A stretch of 64,000 nt of DNA from an uncultured Methanosarcinales archaeon (lineage in GTDB: Archaea > Nanobdellota > Nanobdellia > Woesearchaeales > CAYMBN01): assembly GCA_964388715.1 (NCBI GenBank), contig CAYMBN010000001.1:200962-264961 (forward strand), read 5' to 3'. Positions within the stretch are counted from its first letter, which is position 1; each line of letters begins with the position of its first letter. Below are positions 16,127-25,642 of this stretch, in pieces. The notes below the pieces were generated by a model. That model had not been told where the DNA came from. It did no database searches and was given only the letters and a program-made list of their open reading frames with translations. The position numbers and the translations under genes are program-made.

Positions 16127-18334
16127 TTATTTTTCTTTTTTATTATTTTCAATCTTTTCTGTGCAACGGCATTTAGGATAATTAGAACATCCATAAAATT
16201 TACCATAAACACTTTGTCTTAGAACAAGTTTACCATTTTCACATTTAGGACATTTCTTTTCTATCTTACCTGCTTCAACTTTTTTTGCATTTTTTTCTTC
16301 TTCTTTAGACAATTTTTTAGAAGGACATTTAGGATTAATACAAATTATTCTTTTATTGAGTTGTATCATTGGATGATTACATTCAGGACATACTTTTTCT
16401 GTTGTTTTTAGAAAACCTGTATTTGGAACATTAAATGTTGTTTTACAATCAGGATATTTGTTGCATGCAATAAAACGGCCAAATTTGCCTTTTCTTATTT
16501 GGAGTTCTCCATCTTTACATACAGGACAAGGTCCTACTCTGCTTGCCTCAATCATTGCATTGTAATTTGCTTCTTTTAGGTTTTTTCCAATCTTTTTTTC
16601 ATGTTTTTTCATGTCTTCTGAGATTTTTGTGACTGCTTTTTTTGCTTCTTTAAGAATTGATTCACTTTTTGCTTTACCTTGTAGAATCTTTTCCATTTCT
16701 ACTTCAAAATGTCTTGTTAATGCTTCGTCAACTATTGTTGGAGAATATTTTGTAAGAGTGTCAGAAGTTTTTATACCTAAGATTGTTGCTTGAAGTGGTT
16801 TTCCGTTAATATAACCTCTATTAAGTAATGTTTCTAGGATTGATGCACGTGTTGCTTTTGTTCCTAAATTACGTTTTTCTAATTCTTTTATGATAGAAGC
16901 TTGAGTATAACGTTTTGGAGGTTTTGTTTCTTTTTCATGTAATGTAATTTTTTTAACTTTAAGTACTTGGCCTTCTTTAACATCAGGTAGTTCAAGTTCT
17001 TTGAGCATGACAAATGAACCATAAAGAGTATGCCAGCCTTTTTCTTTTGTTGTTGTGCCTTTTGCAATAAATATTTCTTGTTTACAATCAATCTTTATTG
17101 TTAATGTTTCCCTAGTAGCAGGATCACCAAATGTTGCTAAGAATCTTCTTGCGATTAAATCATAAAGTTGTTCTTCTTTGCCTTCTAAACCTTTTGGTGG
17201 AATACCTGTTGGATAAATTGCTGGATGTGCTGGGTCTGATTTTTTACCTTCATTTGGTTTTAGAACTGATTTTTTTAATAAAAAATCTGATTCTTTTTTG
17301 TAACCTTCTCTTCCTAAAGCTGTAATTATCTTTTTGTAATTGATTTCTTTAGGTAATTTCTGAGAAGATGTTCTTGGATAAGAAATCCAACCATTTGTAT
17401 AAAGTTCTTGTGCAATCTCAAGTGTTTTTTTAGGAGAAATATGAATTGTTTTGTGAGCTTCAATTTGTAATGATGTTAGATCAAAAGGAAATGGTGGTGC
17501 CTGTTGAAATTCTTTTCTTTTGATTTCTTTTACTATTGCTGTTTTTTCTGATTTGATTTTTTTGTGGATTGTTTGTGCTTCTTTCTTTTCCCAGAATTTA
17601 TCTTTTTCATGCCAGGATTCAATTATTTTTGTTTTTGGAGTTGAATCAAGTTGAATTTGCCAGTATTTGACTGGAATAAAAGCTTTGATTTCTTTTTCTT
17701 TATCAACAATTAATTTAAGAGCAGGACCTTGGACACGGCCTGTTGACATTACTTTGAATGAACCAATTGATTTTATTGCTGAAGTTAGCGCTCTGCTTGT
17801 GTTAATGCCATAAAACCAGTCCATTTTATGTCGTGTTTCACCTGCGTTTGCTTGGCCCCAATCAAGATGTTTTGTTTTGTTTTCATATGCTTTAATTAAA
17901 TCTTGTTTTGTTAATGTTGAGAATTTCATTCTGTTTGCATCTTTTTTTTTGCAAATAAAACGGATTACATTAAGTCCAATAACTTCACCTTCAACATCAT
18001 AATCTGTTGCAACTGTGAATTCTGAAGCATCTTTTGCAAGTTTTTTTAAAACATTAAGATATTTTTTTGAGAATTTTGCTGTTTTACTTGTTTCTGAAGT
18101 TGGTTTCCATTCAATGTCAAATATTGGAAAACCGTATTTTTCGCCTGATTTTTGGGTGAGTCCGTACAAGTGACCAACTGCACATCCAACGATAATATCT
18201 TTGTTTCCATGTGTTATTTCATAATAAGGTACTTTATTAACTGATCTTTTGATAGGTTTACCGTCGGCAAGTGCTTGTGCAATTTTTAATGCTGCTTTTG
18301 GTTTTTCGGAAATTATTAATTCATATTTTGTCAT
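16127..18334 (-). CDS. topA: DNA topoisomerase I (type IA) with C-terminal Zn ribbons
   Basis: ISEKPKAA, ATDYDVEGE, STGRVQGPAL, ISYPRTSS, GTKATRA, C4 repeats. Confidence 0.97.
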   Translation of the reverse strand: MTKYELIISEKPKAALKIAQALADGKPIKRSVNKVPYYEITHGNKDIIVGCAVGHLYGLTQKSGEKYGFPIFDIEWKPTSETSKTAKFSKKYLNVLKKLAKDASEFTVATDYDVEGEVIGLNVIRFICKKKDANRMKFSTLTKQDLIKAYENKTKHLDWGQANAGETRHKMDWFYGINTSRALTSAIKSIGSFKVMSTGRVQGPALKLIVDKEKEIKAFIPVKYWQIQLDSTPKTKIIESWHEKDKFWEKKEAQTIHKKIKSEKTAIVKEIKRKEFQQAPPFPFDLTSLQIEAHKTIHISPKKTLEIAQELYTNGWISYPRTSSQKLPKEINYKKIITALGREGYKKESDFLLKKSVLKPNEGKKSDPAHPAIYPTGIPPKGLEGKEEQLYDLIARRFLATFGDPATRETLTIKIDCKQEIFIAKGTTTKEKGWHTLYGSFVMLKELELPDVKEGQVLKVKKITLHEKETKPPKRYTQASIIKELEKRNLGTKATRASILETLLNRGYINGKPLQATILGIKTSDTLTKYSPTIVDEALTRHFEVEMEKILQGKAKSESILKEAKKAVTKISEDMKKHEKKIGKNLKEANYNAMIEASRVGPCPVCKDGELQIRKGKFGRFIACNKYPDCKTTFNVPNTGFLKTTEKVCPECNHPMIQLNKRIICINPKCPSKKLSKEEEKNAKKVEAGKIEKKCPKCENGKLVLRQSVYGKFYGCSNYPKCRCTEKIENNKKEK

Positions 18335-18430
18335 TAAAGTTTACAAAAGTGATTAATCCTTTATAAATGTGTCGAAATGGTGATTTTTTTGGATAAATTT
18401 TTAAAGGAATCGCTCTTTTTTTGTATTAAA

Positions 18431-19753
18431 ATGTTTAAATTCCTAAAAGAAAAACTGAAGAAAGGACTTGATCTATTTAGTAAGAAGGTTGAAGAAGATG
18501 TTGTTAGTGAGGAAGTTGTTGAAGAAAAGGTTGAAGAAGTTAAAGTTGAAGAGAAAAAGGTTGTTGAGGAGTTTAAAGATAGGATTCCTACTGCTTATGA
18601 ACTAGCGCAACGTAAGAAAAAGAAAGAAGTTGAAGAGAAAAAGGAAGAAGTGATTGAAGAGCTTGAACCTGAACCTGAGGTTGAAGTGGAGGAGAAAAAA
18701 CCTAGTGCTGCTGAGTTATTAAAGCAGGTTGATGAAAAACCTCAAGTAAAGATTCCTACTGCTGCTGAAATACTTGATCAAGCTGTTGAAGAAAAAGAAA
18801 AGTTGGAGAAGAGAATACCAACTGCAAGAGAAGTTGTTGAAAAATTAAGAGAAGAGAAAAAAGAGCCTGAGAAAAAAGGGTTTTTTGGGAAATTAAAAGA
18901 TAAGATTGTTACTAAAAAGATTGATGAGAAACAGTTTGAAGAATTGTTTTGGAATCTTGAGTTAATTCTTTTGGAAAATAATGTTGCTGTTGAAGTTATT
19001 GAAAAGATTAAGAGTGATCTTAAGGAAGAACTTGTTGATAAACCTATTCAAAGAGGAAAAGTTTTGGATAGAATTTCTGGAGTTTTGAAAAACAGTGTTG
19101 AAGGATTGTTTGATGTTGAACAGTTTGATTTGTTAGAAAGAGTTAAGGTTAAGAGTCCTTTTATTATTTGTTTTGTTGGTATTAACGGTTCTGGAAAAAC
19201 AACAACTATTGCAAAGATTGCTCAGTTGTTAATGGATAATGATCTTAAATGTGTGATGGCTGCTGCTGATACGTTTAGAGCAGCTTCAATTGAACAGTTG
19301 GAAGAACATGCTAATAATTTAGGTGTTAAAGTAATTAAACATGATTATGGTAGTGATGCTGCTGCTGTTGCGTTTGATGCAGTACGTTATGCAGAATCAA
19401 AAGGTACTGATGTTGTTTTGGTTGATACAGCTGGTAGATTACAGTCAAATGTTAATTTAATGGATGAATTGAAAAAAGTTATTAGAGTTGTTAAACCTGA
19501 TTTAACATTGTTTGTTGGAGAATCTATAACTGGAAATGATTGTGTTAATCAAGCAAGAGAATTCAATGAAATTGTTGGAATTGATGGAATTATATTATCT
19601 AAAGCAGATATTGATGAGAAAGGTGGTGCTGCTATTTCAGTAAGTTATGTTACTAAGAAGCCTATATTGTTTATTGGTACAGGTCAAGAGTATAAAGATC
19701 TGAAAGAATTTAATTCTGATGTTGTGGTTGAGAGTTTAGGATTGGAAAGTTAA
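18431..19753 (+). CDS. ftsY: Signal recognition particle receptor FtsY with acidic N-terminal extension
   Basis: GINGSGKTTTIAK, DTFRAAS, DTAGR, KADIDEKGG, GTGQ. Confidence 0.97.
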   Translation: MFKFLKEKLKKGLDLFSKKVEEDVVSEEVVEEKVEEVKVEEKKVVEEFKDRIPTAYELAQRKKKKEVEEKKEEVIEELEPEPEVEVEEKKPSAAELLKQVDEKPQVKIPTAAEILDQAVEEKEKLEKRIPTAREVVEKLREEKKEPEKKGFFGKLKDKIVTKKIDEKQFEELFWNLELILLENNVAVEVIEKIKSDLKEELVDKPIQRGKVLDRISGVLKNSVEGLFDVEQFDLLERVKVKSPFIICFVGINGSGKTTTIAKIAQLLMDNDLKCVMAAADTFRAASIEQLEEHANNLGVKVIKHDYGSDAAAVAFDAVRYAESKGTDVVLVDTAGRLQSNVNLMDELKKVIRVVKPDLTLFVGESITGNDCVNQAREFNEIVGIDGIILSKADIDEKGGAAISVSYVTKKPILFIGTGQEYKDLKEFNSDVVVESLGLES

Positions 19754-20702
19754 ATTCTGTTGTTATGATTTCTAAATCTTGTAATTCTGGTACTGCATCT
19801 ACAATGTAAAGGTCTGTGATGATAGTTTTTGGTTCTGGTAACCTTTCTAAATAAATACTAAAGTCAGGGTAAAACATGACTGTTTCAGCAAATCTATCTT
19901 TAATACACTTACGCATCATTTTTTGTATAGCTTCTGGTTGATCATCAATTGTGGAATTTATCATATCTAAAAAATCCTGTATTTCCTTAGGAATCTCAGG
20001 TTCTTTTTGTAGATAAACAGTATACTTTGTTGGTTTAAAATTAGGTGGATAAAAATACAAAGGCAAGGATTCTGAAACTTGATTTGCTCTAAACCTTTCT
20101 TCATAGTATTCTTCTATTTGTTTAAGTTTGTCTCTATTCATAGGAAAACTTTCAATATTTTGAACTGCTTGTTCTAATACTGAACTAACATTTAGGTGAG
20201 GTAATTGTACTTTTGATTTTTCACCAAGTTCTTTAATTTGACGCTTTGAAATTTGAGCATGTGCAATTGTAGTCATAAGAGGTATTAAAAATTCTAAATT
20301 TTTGGGAATAGTCTTGTCAAGCAAAATAGAGGGATTACAAAATAAATATTTGACATTTCGGTAGAAATATTCTGCATCAACAAGATCTTTTATTTCTTCT
20401 TTTTCTAATTTTAATGCTGTTCTTAAAATGGTTAATGGAAGAAAAGTTGTAAAATAATCAATAGATCCAAATTCTTTTATTAAGCTTTCAGATTCATGAA
20501 AAAAATCTCTAATAGGTTGTAAGTAAGTCACAACACCTATTGTTTCAGGTAGATCTGGAACTGTCTTTCTCAGGTGCTCATAGTTAACCCTTAATTTTTC
20601 TCTGGTATTTTCACATAATCCATACATAGAACGATACATTTCTGTATTATCAAATCTAAACAAATCTGAATTCGGAGTGTATATTATGTGTATTGGTTTC
20701 AT
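19710..20702 (-). CDS. Hypothetical protein
   Basis: 330-aa ORF with AAGGTGA site; convergent overlap with ftsY. Confidence 0.7.
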   Translation of the reverse strand: MKPIHIIYTPNSDLFRFDNTEMYRSMYGLCENTREKLRVNYEHLRKTVPDLPETIGVVTYLQPIRDFFHESESLIKEFGSIDYFTTFLPLTILRTALKLEKEEIKDLVDAEYFYRNVKYLFCNPSILLDKTIPKNLEFLIPLMTTIAHAQISKRQIKELGEKSKVQLPHLNVSSVLEQAVQNIESFPMNRDKLKQIEEYYEERFRANQVSESLPLYFYPPNFKPTKYTVYLQKEPEIPKEIQDFLDMINSTIDDQPEAIQKMMRKCIKDRFAETVMFYPDFSIYLERLPEPKTIITDLYIVDAVPELQDLEIITTEFNFPILNSQPQHQN

Positions 20703-20757
20703 TTTTATTGTTAGAAATCACCTTTTTTATTGAAAATAGGAGGTTTGGTTTATAAAT

Positions 20758-21423
20758 TTATTCAAACTCAACTTTTCCTTTGTAATAAATGCCTTTATGG
20801 AGTTTGACTGGGCGCCAGTTGTCTATGATTAGGTTTGCATTGAGCCATTTAGAAAGTTCTTTTGGGTTGCCTATTGTTGCGCTTAATGCTATTATTTGTG
20901 CGTGAGGGAGGAGTTCTCTTAGGATTGTTAAGAGGATTTCTAGGGTTGGACCTCTGCTGATGTCATTTAATAAGTGGACTTCGTCAACAATTATTGTAGA
21001 AACATCTCTGAGCCATGGTGAGTGGTGGCGAATCAAGGAATCTAATTTTTCAGAAGTTGTTAGGATGAGGTCATAGTTCGCTAAGTAAGGTTCTGCACTG
21101 TCCATGTCTCCTATTGAAAGTGCGATTCTGCAGAGATGTTGGTATTTTCGTTTGAAATCTTTGAATTTTTCGTTTGCTAAGGATTTGAGTGGAACAATGT
21201 AAATGGTTTTTCCGATTCTGTTGATTATGTTTTTTAATGCAATTAGTTCTGCGATTAATGTTTTACCTGAAGCAGTTGGTGTGCAGACAAGAAGGTTTTT
21301 TTTGTCAAATAGTCCTTTGTTAATTGCTTTGGTTTGACATTTTCTTAGTTCTGCTATGTTTTCTGCTTTTAGAACTGTGTATAATTGTTCTGGGATTTGT
21401 TTTTTTATGTCTTTTAGATTCAT
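20758..21423 (-). CDS. Ski2/Hel308-like helicase N-terminal (DExH) domain only
   Basis: PTASGKT, VPLKSLANEK, DEVH, LSAT, WRPVKL; stops before the second RecA domain. Confidence 0.85.
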   Translation of the reverse strand: MNLKDIKKQIPEQLYTVLKAENIAELRKCQTKAINKGLFDKKNLLVCTPTASGKTLIAELIALKNIINRIGKTIYIVPLKSLANEKFKDFKRKYQHLCRIALSIGDMDSAEPYLANYDLILTTSEKLDSLIRHHSPWLRDVSTIIVDEVHLLNDISRGPTLEILLTILRELLPHAQIIALSATIGNPKELSKWLNANLIIDNWRPVKLHKGIYYKGKVEFE

Positions 21424-21439
21424 TTTTCTTATTAAAGGG

Positions 21440-21561
21440 CGCCGGGGGCGGGATTTTCACCCGAGGTTCAAATCAATGAAGCCAAGATATTTGAACCCGC
21501 ATGATCCGGTGAGATCACTTAGTTCTAAACTAAGCGTCATACCAAATTAGACAACCCCGGC
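21440..21561 (-). tRNA. tRNA with TAG anticodon (nominally Leu) but Ser-like body; about 36-nt T-loop intron
   Basis: GCCGGGG/CCCCGGC-G73; CTTAG-TTTAGAA-CTAAG; variable arm TGATC..GATCA; GCGGG-TTCAAA[intron]T-CCCGC. Confidence 0.85.
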
Positions 21562-21602
21562 ATTATGGAAAAGTTTAAATATGAGCTTAACTTATAATAC
21601 TT

Positions 21603-21649
21603 TGATCCGGTGGAGAGTCAAGGTACATACCAAATTAAGCGACCCTGGC
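21603..21649 (-). pseudogene. Degenerate partial copy of the adjacent tRNA
   Basis: GCCAGGGTCGCTTAATTTGGTATG...CACCGGATCA matches the 5' half and variable arm; no anticodon stem or T arm. Confidence 0.65.
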
Positions 21650-21721
21650 TTTTTTTCTTTTTTTATTATTGAATTAGAATTAGTTTATATATTTTTACCG
21701 TGTTTGTCTAGTGGGGAGTGG

Positions 21722-23809
21722 TTATTCAACATGACCATTCTTTACTTTTTCTACTGTTACTTGTTTTAGTTGGAGGTTGTTGTAGTAGACTTTACTGTCT
21801 CTTATTTTGAGTTTTATTTTTTTGAATTCCTCGAATGTTATTTCTGAGGTGTTGTTTTTTAGGTTTTCTGGGTTTATTTGAGTGCCTGGTTTTGCTTTTG
21901 TTGTTAATATCCCTACATTTTTCTTTTTGTCAATGCCTGCTAATAACATTCCTTGGCTTTCAATTCCTCTAAGTTTAGCTGGTTTTAGGTTTGTGACTAC
22001 AATTAGGTTTTTGTTTTTTAGTTGGTCTTTTGTGTAGTAACCTTTAAGTCCTGCGACAAGTTGTCGCTTTTCTTTTCCAAGGTTGACTTTTAATATATAG
22101 AGTTTGTCTGCTTTTGGATGTTGTTTTACATCTGTTATTTTTGCTACTTTTAGATTGAGTGGGAATTTTTCTGTTGTTTTTTTGCCTGCAAACATTTTTC
22201 TGAATTTTTGCATATCTTTGTCTTCGAGTTTTTGGAATAAAACCTTTGCTTTGTTGATTTTGTGTGATTTTTTTATTGAGATTTTGTTAAGGTCTTTTAA
22301 TGTAAGGTCTTTTATGTTAAGTTGTTGTTGGATTGAAGCTGATGTTTGTGGTAAGAATGGACTGATTAGGATGCTTAGGTCTTTGACTACATTGATTAAA
22401 GTGGCTATTGTGTTTGGCGCAGTGTCTTTATTTTTCCATGGTTCGTTTTCTTGGAAATATTGGTTTGCAAGTTTGCTTATTGCCATGATTTTTCTTAATG
22501 ATTCTTTAAGTTGGATCTTTGACATTAGCTCTGTTACTTTGTCTGATTCTTGTTGTACTTTTTTTAGGAATGTTTTGTCTGGTTTAAAGTTTGGAACTTG
22601 ATTGTTGAAAAATCTGTTTGTGAATGTGATTGTTCTGTTTACTAAGTTTCCAAAGTTTGCAATAAGTTCTTTATTTAATTTTGCTTGGAAATCTTCCCAA
22701 ATAAATTCTGTATCTGTTTTTTCTGGACGGTTTACAATGATGTAATAACGCCAAACATCTGCTGCAATACCTGTTGCTTTTGCATCGTCGCCAAAAACAC
22801 CGATGTTTCTTGACTTTGAGAAATGGCCTGATTCATAATTAAGGTATTCGTTAACAGAGAGTTCTCTAACTAAAGTGTAAGGATCTTTTGTTCCTATTAG
22901 GAATCCTGGGAATAAAATTGTGTGGAATGGAATGTTATCTTTGCCCATGAACTGAACTAGTTTAACATCTTTGTTGTTTTTCCACCAGTTTTGCCAGTTA
23001 GGTTTGTGTTCTTTTGTGATTCCAATGTATCCAATAGGTGCGTCAAACCATGAGTAAAATACTTTATCTTCATATCCTTTTTTTGGCACAGGTATTCCCC
23101 ATTTAAGGTCACGTGTTATGCAACGTGGTTTAATACCTTCCTTAAGCCAGGCATAAGTCATTGTTCTTGCGTTTTCTGACCAGTTTTTTTCAACTGTTTT
23201 GATCCAGGATTTTAATTGAGGTTCAAGTTTTGGTAAGTCAATGAATAAATGGTGTGTTTCTTTTACTTCTGGGGTTGAAGAGCAGATTTTGCATTTTGCG
23301 TTGATTAATTCTGTTGCATTCAATAGTTTACCACAGTGTTCGCATTGGTCACCACGTGCTTCTTTGTAATTGCAAAAAGGACATTCGCCTTCAACAAAAC
23401 GATCTGCTAGAAATTTATTGCATTTTTTACAGAATGTTTGTTCAAGTATGTCTTCTTTGATAAAACCGTTTTTGTCGAGTTTTTTGAAAATATCAATTGT
23501 AACTTCTTTATTTGGTTTAGAGCTGGTTCTTCCGAAGCAGTCAAAGTCGCAATTGAACCAATCATAGATTTCTTTTTGGAGTTTATAGTATTTATCTGTG
23601 ATTTGTCTTGGTGTGAGACCTTCTTCTAATGCTTTTGTTTCTGTTGTGGTTCCGTGTTCATCTGTTCCGCACACGCTGATAACGTTTTCTCCTTTAAGCC
23701 TGAGAAATCTAGTATAAACATCTGCACTTAGCACGCATACCATTGTTCCAAGATGTGGCAGATTGTTTACATAAGGTAATGCGCTTGTTACGAGTATTTT
23801 TTTGGTCAT
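21722..23809 (-). CDS. metG: Methionyl-tRNA synthetase with C-terminal tRNA-binding domain
   Basis: SALPYVNNLPHLG, GTDEHGT, Zn knuckle, GKDNIPFH, FSKS, C-terminal OB domain. Confidence 0.97.
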   Translation of the reverse strand: MTKKILVTSALPYVNNLPHLGTMVCVLSADVYTRFLRLKGENVISVCGTDEHGTTTETKALEEGLTPRQITDKYYKLQKEIYDWFNCDFDCFGRTSSKPNKEVTIDIFKKLDKNGFIKEDILEQTFCKKCNKFLADRFVEGECPFCNYKEARGDQCEHCGKLLNATELINAKCKICSSTPEVKETHHLFIDLPKLEPQLKSWIKTVEKNWSENARTMTYAWLKEGIKPRCITRDLKWGIPVPKKGYEDKVFYSWFDAPIGYIGITKEHKPNWQNWWKNNKDVKLVQFMGKDNIPFHTILFPGFLIGTKDPYTLVRELSVNEYLNYESGHFSKSRNIGVFGDDAKATGIAADVWRYYIIVNRPEKTDTEFIWEDFQAKLNKELIANFGNLVNRTITFTNRFFNNQVPNFKPDKTFLKKVQQESDKVTELMSKIQLKESLRKIMAISKLANQYFQENEPWKNKDTAPNTIATLINVVKDLSILISPFLPQTSASIQQQLNIKDLTLKDLNKISIKKSHKINKAKVLFQKLEDKDMQKFRKMFAGKKTTEKFPLNLKVAKITDVKQHPKADKLYILKVNLGKEKRQLVAGLKGYYTKDQLKNKNLIVVTNLKPAKLRGIESQGMLLAGIDKKKNVGILTTKAKPGTQINPENLKNNTSEITFEEFKKIKLKIRDSKVYYNNLQLKQVTVEKVKNGHVE

Positions 23810-23848
23810 ACTCTGAAGAAATGAGGTTTTTATTTATAAATGTAATGA

Positions 23849-24574
23849 TTAAATTCCTAGATATTCTACTAGTTGATTTAGGACTTTTTCAAAACGTTGG
23901 TTTACTTCATTATGAGTTATATCACAAGAAATATTTCTTAAAACATAATTCTTAGAACCTGTTCTATTAAAGTTTATGTTAACAAAATCATGGTTTATTT
24001 GTCCTGACTCATCCGGGCTGTAACAGGAATATTTTTGTACAAAACCATTCCTACTAACAAGAAAGTCTTCATCTTCAATAACATTTGGATCATTTTCTGT
24101 TCTAAATTGTAGATCATCAATGTAAAATATGTTTTGTGGTCTAGGGGATTCTTTTTTTAGTTTTGCATGATGAATCAAAACTCCATTTATAGTTTCTGTG
24201 TCAAAAGGACCACAAGCATAAATTGAAAAATATTCTTTACCAACCATAAGATCTAATTGATAACTACGCATTGTTATCCAAGCAAAAGGGCCTCTTGCTG
24301 CTTCTGCGGAAAATGTATCTTTTTTACCATTTTCAATAAAAAAATGGATTGTTTTATCTAAAGATTCTTTTACTGACGGTTTAACATCTTTTGAAATTTT
24401 TTCATCATAAGAGTAACGTAAACCAATATCATTATCAACATCTTCTTTTCTGATTATTATTCTGTACAAGAGTTTTAATTTATCAGTGAATTGTTTTTGT
24501 CTATTTGCAATTCTATGTAAAGTTTCCATTTCCTTGAAAAATTCTTTTGAAAAAGGGTTTTGGTTCATTTTCAT
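23849..24574 (-). CDS. Hypothetical protein, likely paralog of 24607-25635
   Basis: 241-aa ORF, last gene of a five-gene run. Confidence 0.7.
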   Translation of the reverse strand: MKMNQNPFSKEFFKEMETLHRIANRQKQFTDKLKLLYRIIIRKEDVDNDIGLRYSYDEKISKDVKPSVKESLDKTIHFFIENGKKDTFSAEAARGPFAWITMRSYQLDLMVGKEYFSIYACGPFDTETINGVLIHHAKLKKESPRPQNIFYIDDLQFRTENDPNVIEDEDFLVSRNGFVQKYSCYSPDESGQINHDFVNINFNRTGSKNYVLRNISCDITHNEVNQRFEKVLNQLVEYLGI

Positions 24575-24606
24575 TTTCTAGTTTTGGTTTGTTTTGTATT
24601 TTTATT

Positions 24607-25635
24607 TCACCTTATAGGAAAAGCATAACTTCTTCCTTGGGTTGTTTTTTCATTATACTTCTTAATAGATTCAGCTAAAATTAAGTCACCGGATTTTGTT
24701 CCAAACTCCCCTTCTGTTGTTTCATTATTTGTGCTAGAAAATCTTGTAACTAAATTATTTGGATTATTAAATGGTCTAAACCAATACAAACCTTGTCTAT
24801 CAAATGCCACTAATACAGTAGAGAACCTTTGTTCTGGGGAATCCCCACGCTCTCTAGTTTTACTAGAGATAGTACCAGTATCTGTATTATAAGTGATTTC
24901 ATATACCTTATATCCATATTCTTTACCAGAAATACCATTTTCTCTTAAGACTTTGGCTTCAACAAATTTGACATTTCCGTTTGGAGAACCTAACATATCT
25001 AAATTAGAGTCAAGTACTTTTTTTGTGTGTAATTTCATTAGGTGATTAATCATTTTATCAAGGTTACACTTTATTGCTTCATAAGAAACATCACCTTTTA
25101 ATACGTGAAATCCTGTTTCTCTGTTTGATAAATAACCAATCGCCCCTATTGATTGATGTTGTTTACTTAATCTGTCTGCAAACCCCATGGTTTGAATATC
25201 ATCTTTATTAGAGTTAAAATATGCCATTAAAGTACCATCAAGATTTACAAAAAAACGTTCATGTTTTGTGATGTAATCTTCTTCTTTTTCTGGTTTTCCT
25301 CCTGTAAAGATTGTAAACCAATGTTCTCTACTAAATGATATTTTTTTGTTACTAATTATTTCACAAATATCTTTTTCTGAGATTACATGATGAATTTCAA
25401 TATCATCAATTGTTCCATTTTTATCATAATCATTAGCAATTACACATAAATATTCATTCCCGTTTATAAAATCTGATGCATATTGAGATTTAGTAATATT
25501 TTTAGTTTGCTCGTTTAGTATTGAACCATTCTGCATTGCAATTCCAAATGTAAAGTTTGCAAGTTGTTGGACTATACCTGATCTTGTTACTTGTTCTAGT
25601 AATTTATTTGTTGAATTTGATTTTTGTTTTTGCAT
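24607..25635 (-). CDS. Hypothetical protein (MQKQKS start)
   Basis: AAAGGTGA site overlapping upstream stop; DYDKNG Ca-binding-like motif. Confidence 0.7.
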   Translation of the reverse strand: MQKQKSNSTNKLLEQVTRSGIVQQLANFTFGIAMQNGSILNEQTKNITKSQYASDFINGNEYLCVIANDYDKNGTIDDIEIHHVISEKDICEIISNKKISFSREHWFTIFTGGKPEKEEDYITKHERFFVNLDGTLMAYFNSNKDDIQTMGFADRLSKQHQSIGAIGYLSNRETGFHVLKGDVSYEAIKCNLDKMINHLMKLHTKKVLDSNLDMLGSPNGNVKFVEAKVLRENGISGKEYGYKVYEITYNTDTGTISSKTRERGDSPEQRFSTVLVAFDRQGLYWFRPFNNPNNLVTRFSSTNNETTEGEFGTKSGDLILAESIKKYNEKTTQGRSYAFPIR

Positions 25636-25642
25636 TTTTATT

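Noticed and set aside
21518..21534. Amber-suppressor or pyrrolysine tRNA reading (CTTAG-TTCTAAA-CTAAG on the + strand)
   Set aside because: D-loop GG and T-loop TTCAAAT exist only on the minus strand, so the anticodon is TAG. The CTA reading comes from the symmetric stem.
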